Shown: in pieces, positions 39,801-47,300 of the stretch
How positions within the stretch are numbered: position 1 is the stretch's first letter
Layout: the number at the start of each line of letters is the position of its first letter
Source: Candidatus Multivoradales bacterium
GTDB lineage: Bacteria; Acidobacteriota; Thermoanaerobaculia; Multivoradales; JAHEKO01
DNA length: 64,000 nucleotides
Direction: 5' to 3'
Assembly: GCA_965223155.1 (NCBI GenBank)
Contig: CBDCVR010000013.1
Location: 128,001-192,000 of the forward strand
Notes under the pieces: model-generated
Seen by the model: only the letters and a program-made list of their open reading frames with translations
Told to the model about the DNA's origin: nothing
Database searches by the model: none
Position numbers and translations under genes: made by a program

Positions 39801-42800
39801 TGTTCGAGACCGGCGATACCTACGGAGATCTCATCGTGGATGGGTTGGACCGAACGGGCAACGTGCCGGTGACCGAGCTTCCGGCGCTCGGTACGGGTAT
39901 GGTGGTCGGGACGGAGGTTGCGGGAGCGGACCTTTGGGTGACGGGTGACGGGCTCTTCCGGACGCGCTGGGTGGGGGCCTGGATGGTGTTGGAGGATGCT
40001 TCGGGCGCTGCGCTTGGCGGGTTCCAGGTGGCCGAAGTGGACGGCTCGGGCCGGGTGTTGCTGGCCGGAGCGGGCGGCGTGGTGGGCGCGACCGGCTACC
40101 GGGGCGAGTACCGGTTCGACGAGATCCGGCAGTTGCGGGGCGGGAGCCTGTCCACGATCGATCCGTTGCTGACGGGCGACGTGGTGATCGGCGCGGGGAA
40201 CGCGGTGCTGCCGCGGCGAATCGAGACGCAGAACCTGACGCTCTTGCCGGGAGCGGTGGCGCGTGCGGGCGCGGATGGGGTCTTCGAAGGCGCGGTGTCC
40301 GGCATCTTGACGATCGAAGCCGGAGCCTCGCTCGACGTGACGGGTCAGGGGTATGCGGGTGGTGCTTCGGCGGCGGAGCCCGAGGGTGGGGCTCCGGCCG
40401 GGATCGTGGGCTCGACGCCGGACGCTGGCGGCAGCCACGGCGGCTCGGGGAACTTCCGGGCTGGTGGCCCCGCCGGAGAGGTCTACGACTCGGTGTACGT
40501 GCCGCAGCTTGCGGGCGGCGGCGGGGCGCATGACAACGACACGTGCTGCGCCGGCGGTGCGGGCGGTGGGGTGGTGGAGCTGGTGGTGGGCGAGCTGGTG
40601 CTGGAAGGCTCGATCGTTTCCCAGGGCGAGTTTCCCGGGCACAACACGAGCCGTCCGAGCGGCGCCGGCGGCACGGTGCTGGTGGAGGCGGGGACGGTCC
40701 GGGGCTCGGGCACGATCGACGTGTCGGGCGGCGACTCGTCGGACTGCTCGGGCAGCCATACGGTGGGTGGCGGCGGAGGCGGCCGGGTGGCGCTCTATGT
40801 GGACGTCCTGGACGGGTTCGACCCGGCGGCGCAGGTGACGTCGGCGGGCGGTGCGATGACGTACTGCGGCACGACGGTGGCGGGGTACGCGGCGCCTGGG
40901 ACGGTGTACGTGTTCGAGACCGGCGATACCTACGGAGATCTCATCGTGGATGGGTTGGACCGAACGGGCAACGTGCCGGTGACCGAGCTTCCGGCGCTCG
41001 GTACGGGATCGGTGGTTGGGACGGAGGCTGCGGGAGCGGACCTGTGGGTGACGGGAGATGGGCCGTTCCGGACGCGCTGGGTGGGGGCCTGGATGGTACT
41101 GACGGATGCCTCGGGCGATGCGCTTGGCGGGTTCCAGGTGGCCGAAGTGGACGGCTCGGGCCGGGTGTTGCTGGCCGGAGCGGGCGGCGTGGTGGGAGCC
41201 GCGGGCTACCGGGGCGAATACCGGTTCGACGAGATCCGGCAGTTGCGGGGCGGGAGCCTGTCCACGATCGATCCGTTGCTGACGGGCGACGTGGTGATCG
41301 GCGCGGGGAACGCGGTGCTGCCGCGGCGAATCGAGACGCAGAACCTGACGCTCTTGCCGGGAGCGGTGGCGCGTGCGGGCGCGGATGGGATCTTCGAAGG
41401 CGCGGTGTCCGGCATCTTGACGATCGAAGCCGGAGCCTCGCTCGACGTGACGGGTCAGGGGTATTCGGGTGGTGCTTCGGCGGCGGAGCCCGAGGGTGGG
41501 GCTCCGGCCGGGATCGTGGGCTCGACGCCGGACGCTGGCGGCAGCCACGGCGGCTCGGGGAACTTCCGGGCTGGTGGCCCCGCCGGGGAGGTCTACGACT
41601 CGGTGTACGTGCCGCAGCTTGCGGGCGGCGGCGGGGCGCATGACAACGACTCGTGCTGCGCCGGCGGTGCGGGCGGCGGCGTCGTGGAGCTGGTGGCGGG
41701 CGAGCTGGTGCTGGAAGGCTCGATCGTTTCCCAGGGCGAGTTTCCCGGGCACAACACGGGCCGTCCGAGCGGCGCCGGCGGCACGGTGCTGGTGGACGCT
41801 GGGACGGTCCGAGGCTCGGGCACGATCGACGTTTCGGGCGGGGACTCGTCGGACTGCTCGGGCAGCCATACGGTAGGTGGCGGCGGCGGCGGCCGGGTGG
41901 CGCTCTATGTGGACGTCCTGGACGGGTTCGACCCGGCGGCGCAGGTGACGTCGGCGGGCGGTGCGATGACGTACTGCGGCACGACGGTGGCGGGGTACGC
42001 GGCGCCTGGGACGGTGTACGTGTTCGAGACCGGCGATACCTACGGAGATCTCATCGTGGATGGGTTGGACCGAACGGGCAACGTGCCGGTGACCGAGCTT
42101 CCGGCGCTCGGTACGGGTATGGTGGTTGGGACGGAGGTTGCGGGAGCGGACCTTTGGGTGACGGGTGACGGGCCGTTCCGGACGCGTTGGGTGGGGGCCT
42201 GGATGGTGTTGGAGGATGCTTCGGGCGCTGCGCTAGGCGGGTTCCAGGTGGCCGAAGTGGACGGCTCGGGCCGGGTGCTGCTGACCGGAGCGGGCGGCGT
42301 GGTGGGAGCCGCGGGCTACCGGGGCGAGTACCGGTTCGACGAGATTCAGCTTCGCCAAGGCGGCCGTTTGGACACCAGCGATGGCCTGACGGCGGCCAGC
42401 ACCATCATCTTCAGCGGCGAAGCCGGGGTCCCGGCTGTGTTCACGAGCCATGACTTCACGTTGAAATCGGGCGCGACCGCGAGGCTTGCGAATGCTTCGC
42501 ACCTACGGTTGGAAGCCCCGGGTACGGTCACGATCGAAGCCGGGGCGTCGCTCGACGTGACGGGCCAGGGGTACGCGGGCGGTGTCTCGCCGGCGGAGCC
42601 CGAGGGCGGGGCCCCGCCGGGAGTAGTGGGCTCGACGCCGGACGCGGGCGGCAGCCACGGCGGCCCGGGGAACTTCCGGGGCGGTGGTGGACTTGCCGGG
42701 GAGGTCTACGACTCGGTGTACGTGCCGCAGCTTGCGGGCGGCGGCGGGGCGCACGATGACGACTCGTGCTGCGCCGGCGGTGCGGGCGGCGGCGTCGTGG

Positions 42801-43573
42801 AGCTGGTAGTCGGCGAGCTGGTGCTGGAAGGCTCGATCGTTTCCCAGGGCGAGTTTCCCGGGCACAACACGAGCCGTCCGAGCGGCGCCGGCGGCACGGT
42901 GCTGGTGGACGCTGGGACGGTCCGGGGCTCGGGCACGATCGACGTGTCGGGCGGGGACTCCTCGGACTGCTCGGGCAGCCATACGGTGGGTGGCGGTGGC
43001 GGCGGCCGGGTGGCGCTCTATGCGGACGTCCTGGATGGCTTCGATCCGGCGGCCCAGGTGATGGCGGCGGGCGGCGAGATGCGCTACTGCGGCACGTCGG
43101 TTGCGGGGTACGCGGCGCCTGGGACCGTGTACGTGCTTGAAGCTGGAGACACCTACGGAGATCTCATCGTCCGGCAGGCATCGACGCCGGCGGTCGCACT
43201 ACCCAACAGCGAGATGACCTCGATCGGCGCCGGCACGATCGGCGCCGTGCTCGCCGATCCGGACGATCCAGCGGCGCTCTGGATCACGGCTCAGGAGGTG
43301 GTCCCCGGCGAGCCGATCCTCTTCGACCTGGGTGTGGCTGGCATGTGGGCGCGGATCGCCGGCATCGACTACCGGGTCCTCGACCAGACTCCGGACCGGC
43401 TGCAACTTCTGCTCGAAGGGGCGGCCGGGGTGGTTGGCACTGGTGACGGCTATCAGGGCGTCTACAAGTTCGACAGGCTGGTGGGCCGGAACGGCGTCAC
43501 GGTCGAGTTCCTGGACACCGCCGAGATCGGCGTTCTGGATCTGGACGGAACGTCGGGGGTGATCCTGCCGTGA
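30806..43573 (+). CDS. Giant secreted adhesin-like protein (carboxypeptidase-regulatory-like and Ig-like repeats, Gly-rich tandem repeats)
   Basis: 4255-aa ORF; signal-like LAWVVFAALVFSTLAAQA suggests the true start is near 31028-31040; many TDxxGxF/Y modules, Big_5-like PxVxxxxP...FSEP modules, four GGSHGG/GGGGGGRVA repeats. Confidence 0.85.
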   Translation: MEKPGTDPGRSALGGRRGEWREMGVVSGRVTSRRQGRSPTGARRAGPQLRRLTSPPVKDRGRSTSSDRVSRPEAVGTEVPVRGRPSQASTGSGLAWVVFAALVFSTLAAQAQELTSARLLIAGTRLAVSPESQTVPFDTPTIVETSLEGFDAGLGTLPADLRVLGDFTGPGLDRVLTLETTPNQPFRIPPLSVGGDYQLDNIRLVQGDELLAFGEPRSAAVLVTEILVTRVTSRPLTLDEIRSYGIVIDDDNFKAFNFSFGFAIRGETVDYNVPVVWSFREEGVSAEIPSAFHSLGRTRFAPPIHTFALKAEPNPDDPFQLDPTPSIPPLPGAIVFPSDVTLLNQFFSVVLMVQNGAPEGDPLVIRDLAATIKLPAGLRTAETEPPTPLGVPVPVRVPGPDGELGTADDVTFLIAQASGEAEFLVEGRKEGTHIVEIDMEGTLDGLPGGVRRLSGSTRGAVLVRDPTFGITIAHPDVVRADEEYDLRLTVANTSNAPANLVSIRLPGSKLIGTELVDPSAYQQTIDTLLPGESEVVTFRLRSRLTGRVVSTSARSDQHISPTFDLTVGVGENGIPLSPTTIVLPDETETLPPELLRHSLGMVGLGFSLATASGSVRDPNLPFVTRGTVDERIYYLREAAKHADMGEDLFDALALLSLDWNGARDRDWEWDRLRRTTQRGVNLAAAYGEVFDTEAQAVGVEAMFDRFVETAGFLAPLHFAASAGQGSRVEVVSRATGFGLATGVELEERARDLPFGELYPLAGGELATVTVPEETGHRVVLRSDGTAPADLYVLVPGDPQELRVLRWRNVGLDARGTAAVEISPEDLQPLLSIDLDGDGMEDETRVPEVELLSPRPFQVIAAVQRDDPPSGQVVEVLFTRDVATESLVPRDANRFTIPGKFSNGGVLPTDEDRFGVVAETFAGLRNSRIVEVVFNNGISPLVENYLTVDDVDGVLGDVVTDETVLVDTRVTMPGIQLTGQVFGPDGEPVPFTEVSLFEIDYSHFSEACLQHKTAVVPTDGEGRFRFDYVRLKDRCPSSFVIQGADPSTGLDGSAVGTVRFIDDTQYLDIVLLGRGTVRGQVRFETGEPAPFHRVRALSTVFQEFPSTGTDENGNYELRNLPVGPVSLVTRDADGNIAQATVEIRTAGAVVEKDLVILRRDEPTGEVRGTVYEVDGTTPVARAWLALYVNGATAGVVQSRVDGGFAFPEVPAGPAEIEVFDSRTNRSGGVQFFEVLADRVNEVDIILRNETGSIVGHVYRDTASGLEPAGGLIVAVARQSNHTTTAADGSYRLDDVLVGDLTITAYDFAANTKASRNLTLQVDEEATGFDLVFSVPGTGSISGIVLGTDGLPVPSAPVRRAIGTTYDLETFTALDGTFQLEGVGVGTVSELHSFQGTSGGIATARVRFEGDNPFVEIRYKSGTLRGQVSARNESGELLGVRSLVSYHTVVPVRGLLRTNPLPVEIETDDSGFFEISNVIAGRYSIVVSNAFHGEKTVSGDLLQNGEVIDHEFIFERNGRITGTVFDIDGVTPVLGVEVELGHPNFSQFTAFTDENGRFLFDLVPPVGHPFPIVATLDGAIYRVAQVYVCFTEFGQELDVEIVLQEQGEIAGWVEDANGVRVADANVTLQETVFPRRRLTQTTDADGRWSFANVFVGTVSLGAVSNQLGGLGGKTAVALNEEGDSLQDIVIRLEPTGEIHGRLLSPVDGSPVPSGQVTLFRSGVGLFDSATTDAEGGFVFELLPLGGYWIRAFDPSTGRFGSSEYLEVAANGEILEIDLTLGGRGTVDGHLTEPGSGLVVPGASIKLVAQGGVPLVAYASTSAAGRFEFLGIPEGDFTLTARLVDDLRQAFGTGEILGEGDLATVDLVLDELLTVVGTAFNPAGLSVGPFAPVTVQLTQFRGTATQVIGASEVNPYRFDGAIAGLTYRLEAQEIGGLHRALRSGRLPDAIPGAEVEIDLDIVPLGSVHVTVVDSVGLPVTDAEVRVTSNGLYRTNQVRFTGAGNTAEFLDVGGGVITVYAESDALQLGGVESASLDSEGQALQLTVTLEAAGALSGDVVLADGLTPAAGAIVVVAASGRTFTAFAGADGSFEMPSVPAGTFRADFQEADGPGRRTVFGSIAGPGDQIDLGSVVLDDEDPLVVSIEPAAGSINVPAEAAVVVRFNEPVQQTAQNRNRVMVREVDSGSGISSTAVWGDGGQTLTLTPTAALGSFEAYRVTVSTGIVDPAYRASTVAAAATFTTLDYLPPEVVAIDPAQDALQVPVDAQIVVTFSEPVVLESLSGPAIQLTDVTTGSGVSTTFILLPAERDVVITPVGGLEPERRYSLTLQGVKDAAGNSSGLFVSTFETIDETAPEISLTVPPGPFSPGVGYSVSAVGVASPDLASVSFFKNDELVTSDSEAPFGATIVPTAADGAAGSLDVVAAGIDRAGNVGPEVRVTRVVAEDLPPSASFTLDPSTEILPNAVFEVHAEAQDDVGVEKMEILVTGGLADQYVVFPSGDPASATAVRVFQVPVTPVESEVRVVVRATDTLGQVIETAPQALAIRADVDPPAITVSEPQAGAAITSGETLAVDATVTDNVTVDRVTFRFAGTEVVDTAAPYTASFVAPEVTVDTALDVEVEAVDPAGNAATEVVAITIEPQINPDVPTAVITCPADGDPFLPAIDLPIAFSIADDQLIQNYRILVDGLLLEEHLAVDQLEVIGSVLWSPPAGVAPGTTALVRVEAEDYAGNLGFVEITLTVPVGTVLGDGSVLDSSYDGQSVVLGSGSFTVAEPVALTDLTLIHGASLTASVPVEIATTGSTRLACGSVLDVTGQGYAGGASPAEPEGGAPAGITGSTPDAGGSHGGSGNFRAGGPAGEVYDSVYVPQLAGGGGAHDNDSCCAGGAGGGVVELVVGELVLEGSIVSQGEFPGHNTSRPSGAGGTVLVEAGTVRGSGTIDVSGGDSSDCSGSHTVGGGGGGRVALYVDVLDGFDPAAQVTSAGGAMTYCGTTMAGYAAPGTVYVFETGDTYGDLIVDGLDRTGNVPVTELPALGTGMVVGTEVAGADLWVTGDGLFRTRWVGAWMVLEDASGAALGGFQVAEVDGSGRVLLAGAGGVVGATGYRGEYRFDEIRQLRGGSLSTIDPLLTGDVVIGAGNAVLPRRIETQNLTLLPGAVARAGADGVFEGAVSGILTIEAGASLDVTGQGYAGGASAAEPEGGAPAGIVGSTPDAGGSHGGSGNFRAGGPAGEVYDSVYVPQLAGGGGAHDNDTCCAGGAGGGVVELVVGELVLEGSIVSQGEFPGHNTSRPSGAGGTVLVEAGTVRGSGTIDVSGGDSSDCSGSHTVGGGGGGRVALYVDVLDGFDPAAQVTSAGGAMTYCGTTVAGYAAPGTVYVFETGDTYGDLIVDGLDRTGNVPVTELPALGTGSVVGTEAAGADLWVTGDGPFRTRWVGAWMVLTDASGDALGGFQVAEVDGSGRVLLAGAGGVVGAAGYRGEYRFDEIRQLRGGSLSTIDPLLTGDVVIGAGNAVLPRRIETQNLTLLPGAVARAGADGIFEGAVSGILTIEAGASLDVTGQGYSGGASAAEPEGGAPAGIVGSTPDAGGSHGGSGNFRAGGPAGEVYDSVYVPQLAGGGGAHDNDSCCAGGAGGGVVELVAGELVLEGSIVSQGEFPGHNTGRPSGAGGTVLVDAGTVRGSGTIDVSGGDSSDCSGSHTVGGGGGGRVALYVDVLDGFDPAAQVTSAGGAMTYCGTTVAGYAAPGTVYVFETGDTYGDLIVDGLDRTGNVPVTELPALGTGMVVGTEVAGADLWVTGDGPFRTRWVGAWMVLEDASGAALGGFQVAEVDGSGRVLLTGAGGVVGAAGYRGEYRFDEIQLRQGGRLDTSDGLTAASTIIFSGEAGVPAVFTSHDFTLKSGATARLANASHLRLEAPGTVTIEAGASLDVTGQGYAGGVSPAEPEGGAPPGVVGSTPDAGGSHGGPGNFRGGGGLAGEVYDSVYVPQLAGGGGAHDDDSCCAGGAGGGVVELVVGELVLEGSIVSQGEFPGHNTSRPSGAGGTVLVDAGTVRGSGTIDVSGGDSSDCSGSHTVGGGGGGRVALYADVLDGFDPAAQVMAAGGEMRYCGTSVAGYAAPGTVYVLEAGDTYGDLIVRQASTPAVALPNSEMTSIGAGTIGAVLADPDDPAALWITAQEVVPGEPILFDLGVAGMWARIAGIDYRVLDQTPDRLQLLLEGAAGVVGTGDGYQGVYKFDRLVGRNGVTVEFLDTAEIGVLDLDGTSGVILP
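39221..43170 (+). repeat. Intragenic tandem repeat, 1110-bp period (~3.5 copies)
   Basis: CT(G/C)GACGTGACGGG(C/T)CAGGGGTA begins at 39221, 40331, 41441 and 42551; units near-identical at DNA level. Confidence 0.92.
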
Positions 43574-44325
43574 GGGGGTGGCAAGCGAGAGTGCGTGTCC
43601 GGAAGGGCCGGCCGGCGCGGGAGAGCCTCTTGGCCCGGTACGGCCGGATTGCCGTGCTGCTGGGGACGCTACTGACTCCCGCCGCCTGGGGACAGAGCTT
43701 TCTGCCGCCGGAGCCCGGCTCGAGCGTCTACCGGGATCTCACACTGGCCGCCGAGATCAGCGTGGACCTCTTCGAGGGACTGACGATGACGGGCAGCGCC
43801 CACTCCAACGGGAACCTGGAGTTGGCTCCGGGTGGTCTCGTGGACGGCACGGTCGAAGCCCATAGCTTTCTCGCCATCGAGGGCTCGGTGACTGGAGCCG
43901 CGACCGAAGGCGCCGCGCTCAGGGCGCTGCCGGTCCCCTATGACGCGGTCGCCGGTCGAGCTCTGGCGACGCGGGTGTTCGAAGAGTCGAGACGATTCGG
44001 CGGTGATGAGACCGTTGACGACGTTGTCTTCGTCGCCGGAGACGTTCGGTTCGAAGCGGGCCTTAGCGGGCAGGGAACCGTGATTGCCACTGGCGACATT
44101 GTGCTGGAGCGATGGAGCGGCGGCTCGACGGCGGCCGGCTCGCGCTTGGTGCTCGTTGCGCTCGGGCGCGTCGTTGTCGAGAAGGGACGCAGCTTCCGCG
44201 GCATCCTCGTTGCCGGCGGGGACGTGGAGCTTGAAGAGGACGTGGTCTTCCAGGGCACGGCCGTTGCGCACGGACGCCTCACCGTGGACGAAACGGTGAC
44301 GGTCACCTATGAGGACTTCCAGTAG
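43570..44325 (+). CDS. Secreted hypothetical protein, paralogue of the N-terminal domain of the downstream Rhs protein
   Basis: GTGA overlap with the upstream gene; signal-like IAVLLGTLLTPAAWG; VDDVVFVAGDVRF...GQGTVIATGDI matches VDDVLFVDGDVRF...GRGTVIATGEI. Confidence 0.75.
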   Translation: MRGWQARVRVRKGRPARESLLARYGRIAVLLGTLLTPAAWGQSFLPPEPGSSVYRDLTLAAEISVDLFEGLTMTGSAHSNGNLELAPGGLVDGTVEAHSFLAIEGSVTGAATEGAALRALPVPYDAVAGRALATRVFEESRRFGGDETVDDVVFVAGDVRFEAGLSGQGTVIATGDIVLERWSGGSTAAGSRLVLVALGRVVVEKGRSFRGILVAGGDVELEEDVVFQGTAVAHGRLTVDETVTVTYEDFQ

Positions 44326-44337
44326 GAATCGCCAGGC

Positions 44338-47300
44338 ATGATCTCTTTCCCGTACCGCCGTCTCGGACCAGCCAGCGCCACTCAGACTTGGGCCGGGTGG
44401 ACCTTGCGGCCCCTAGTGGTGCTCGCCGCAGTCGGCGCCTGGCTGGGCTTGTGTGCCGGCGGCGCGAGCGCCGAGTTCGTCCTGTCGGAGCCGGCCTCGA
44501 CCGTGTACGACGAATGGGTTGCTCTGGCAGGCGATGACGTGCGCATTCACCAGCCCGCACTGGTCATCGGTGACACTCATGCCAACGATGAGATCCACGT
44601 GCTGCTCGAGGCGACGGTGGACGGCAACGCGTCCGCGGTGGACGGAATCAACAACGACGGCACCATTACCGGAAGCGTGGATCCGGCGGCCGGCCTGGTG
44701 AGCCTGCCTGCGTTGACGCTGGACGAAGCTGCCGCGAGGGCTCTGGCCGACCGAATCGTCGAGGGATCGGTCACTTACGGGGACGATCAGGTGGTGGACG
44801 ACGTCCTGTTCGTGGACGGAGACGTTCGGTTCCGCCAAGGGTTGAACGGCCGCGGCACCGTGATCGCCACCGGCGAGATTCGGGTCGACCAGGCCGGCCA
44901 GGGCGAGGCACCGCTCGAGGCGTCGACGGCGCTTTCGCTGGTCGCGTATCAGGACATTCGAATCGACAAGGAACGGGCGCTGCGGGGCGTCCTCTATTCC
45001 CTCGAAGACATCGAGATCGAACAGGCGGTGGACTTCGAGGGCGTCCTGGTGGCCAGCGGCCGCATCACGATCAAGAAGGACGCCCGGGTCACCTTCCTCA
45101 CTCGCGGTGGCAGCGACACCGATCCTCCGGTCATTTCCATTCTGGAAAGCGGAGCACCGCTGCTGGATGGCGCCCTCTACAACCGGGCCGTCGTCCCGGT
45201 CATCCAGATCGACGACGAGTCGTCGTTCGAAGCGACGATCCTCTTGGACGGCCAACCGTTCGTCTCCGGAACCAGTGTCGAGACCGAGGGAGTCCACATC
45301 CTGTCGGTAACCGCCACCGACGTCGCCGGCAACAGCGCGGCCGCGACGGTGAGCTTCGAGATCGACTTGACCCCGCCCGTCTTTGTTTCGGTGACCCCCG
45401 CGGACGGCACGATCACGAATCAGGCGTCCGTCTCGCTGACCGGTGTCGTCGAAGGCGCCGACAGCCTGGCGATCGACGGTGTTGCGGTAGCCCTGGCCGG
45501 CGAGGCCTTCACGGCCGGACCGTACTCGCTCGCGGAGGGCGACAACGTCTTCGCCCTCGTGGCGGCCGACGCCGCCGGCAACGAGACCGAGCTGACTCTG
45601 ACCTTGATTCTGGATACGACGCCGCCGGCCGTGACCATTGCCTCTCCGGCGGACGGGGCACTGCTCGGCTCCAGCCCTGTGACGGTCAACGGAACCGCGG
45701 CCGATCCCCATCTGGACGAAGTGCGGGTCAACGGCATCCTGTCCGTCCTGGCCGGGACCGGCTATTCGGCGGACGGTGTCGCGCTGGCCGAGGGCTCGAA
45801 CACGCTGAGCGCGACGGCCACCGACCTCGCCGGCAACAGCGGCCAGGCGCAAGTTACGGTGACTTTGGATACCAGCGCTCCCGTCCTGACCATCACCAAT
45901 GGCGGCGCACCGCTGGCGGACGGCTATCTGACCGCTTCGACCGTCGTTCCCGTGATCGAGGCTACCGATGCCACGGCGGTCACGATCTCCGCAACCCTCA
46001 ACGGCGCCGGCTTCGCCTCGGGCACTCCGATTAGCGCGAGCGGCGTCTACCTCCTGGCCGCGACCGCGACCGATGCCGTGGGCAACACCAGCTCGGCAAG
46101 CGTGACCTTCGAGATCGACGGCGAGCCCCCGGCCGTGACGATCGACACACCGACGGCCTCGGTCGTGGCTTCAAGCCCGGTCACCGTGAGCGGCACGGCG
46201 GTCGATTCGAACCTGGCAACCGTCGAGGTCAACGGCGTCGGGGCCTCCGTATCGGGGAGCAGCTACTCCGCGGCAGACGTTTCTCTGGTCGAGGGAAGCA
46301 ACGTCGTGACGGCGACCGCGACCGACCTGGTCGGCAACGTCGGCCAGGCCACGCGGACCATCGTCCTGGATTCTCAGGCGCCGCTCATTTCGATCCTGCA
46401 TGCGGGCCTTCCTTTGGCCGATGGCCTGCTCACCAACCAGCCGGTGACTCCCGAGGTCGCCGTTGACGACGCCACCGCCGTCGACGTGTCGTCGACACTG
46501 AACGGCTCGAGCTTCGTTTCCGGGACCACGGTCACCGCCGAGGGCGCCTACACGCTGCTGGTGACTGCCACCGACGAGGCCGGCAACACCGCCTCGGCGA
46601 GCGTGACCTTTACCCTCGACTTGACGCCGCCGGTGTTCCTGTCGGTTCTCCCGGCCAATGGGACGGTGACGGGCTCGGCGGGCGTGGCGATTACCGGGGA
46701 AGTGGAAGGCGCCGACTTGGTCGCCATCGACGGCGTTGCGGCCTCTCTTTCCGGCCAGGCCTTCTCCGGAGCGCCGCTGACCCTGGCCGAGGGCTCCAAC
46801 ACCTTTCTGCTCCGGGCCGAAGACACAGCCGGCAACGTCACCGAGGTGGTTCATGCGATCGAGCTCGACTCGACGCCGCCGGCGGTCACGATCGACGCGC
46901 CCAGCGCGCTGGTGGTCGGAACGTCGCCGGTGGTGGTAAGCGGCACGGCGGTGGATGTCCATCTAGCGGGGGTCAGCGTCAACGGAGTCGCGGCCGCGGT
47001 CGGCGGCGCCGGCTATAGCTTGGCCGGCGTGGCGCTCGACGAGGGCGCCAACACCCTGGTCGTGGTCGCCACCGACACCGTTGGCAACGCCGGACAGGCG
47101 GAGAAGATCGTCACGCTCGATTCGATTCCTCCCGAGATCCGTATCACCGACGGCGGCGCGCCGCTTAGCGATGGCCTCCTGACCAACCAGACGGTTACCC
47201 CGGTGATCGTCGTCACCGACGCCACGGCGACGACTACGACCGCGACGCTCAACGGCACGTCGTTCGCTTCGGGCAGTCCGGTCCTTGCCGAAGGCGGCTA

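Noticed and set aside
37952-41869. 1305-aa minus-strand ORF and other long antisense ORFs (e.g. 53782-56658, 57328-59577, 50968-53067, 29120-30607)
   Set aside because: Arg/Ala/Pro-rich shadow frames of high-GC coding sequence with no motifs; they overlap well-supported genes.
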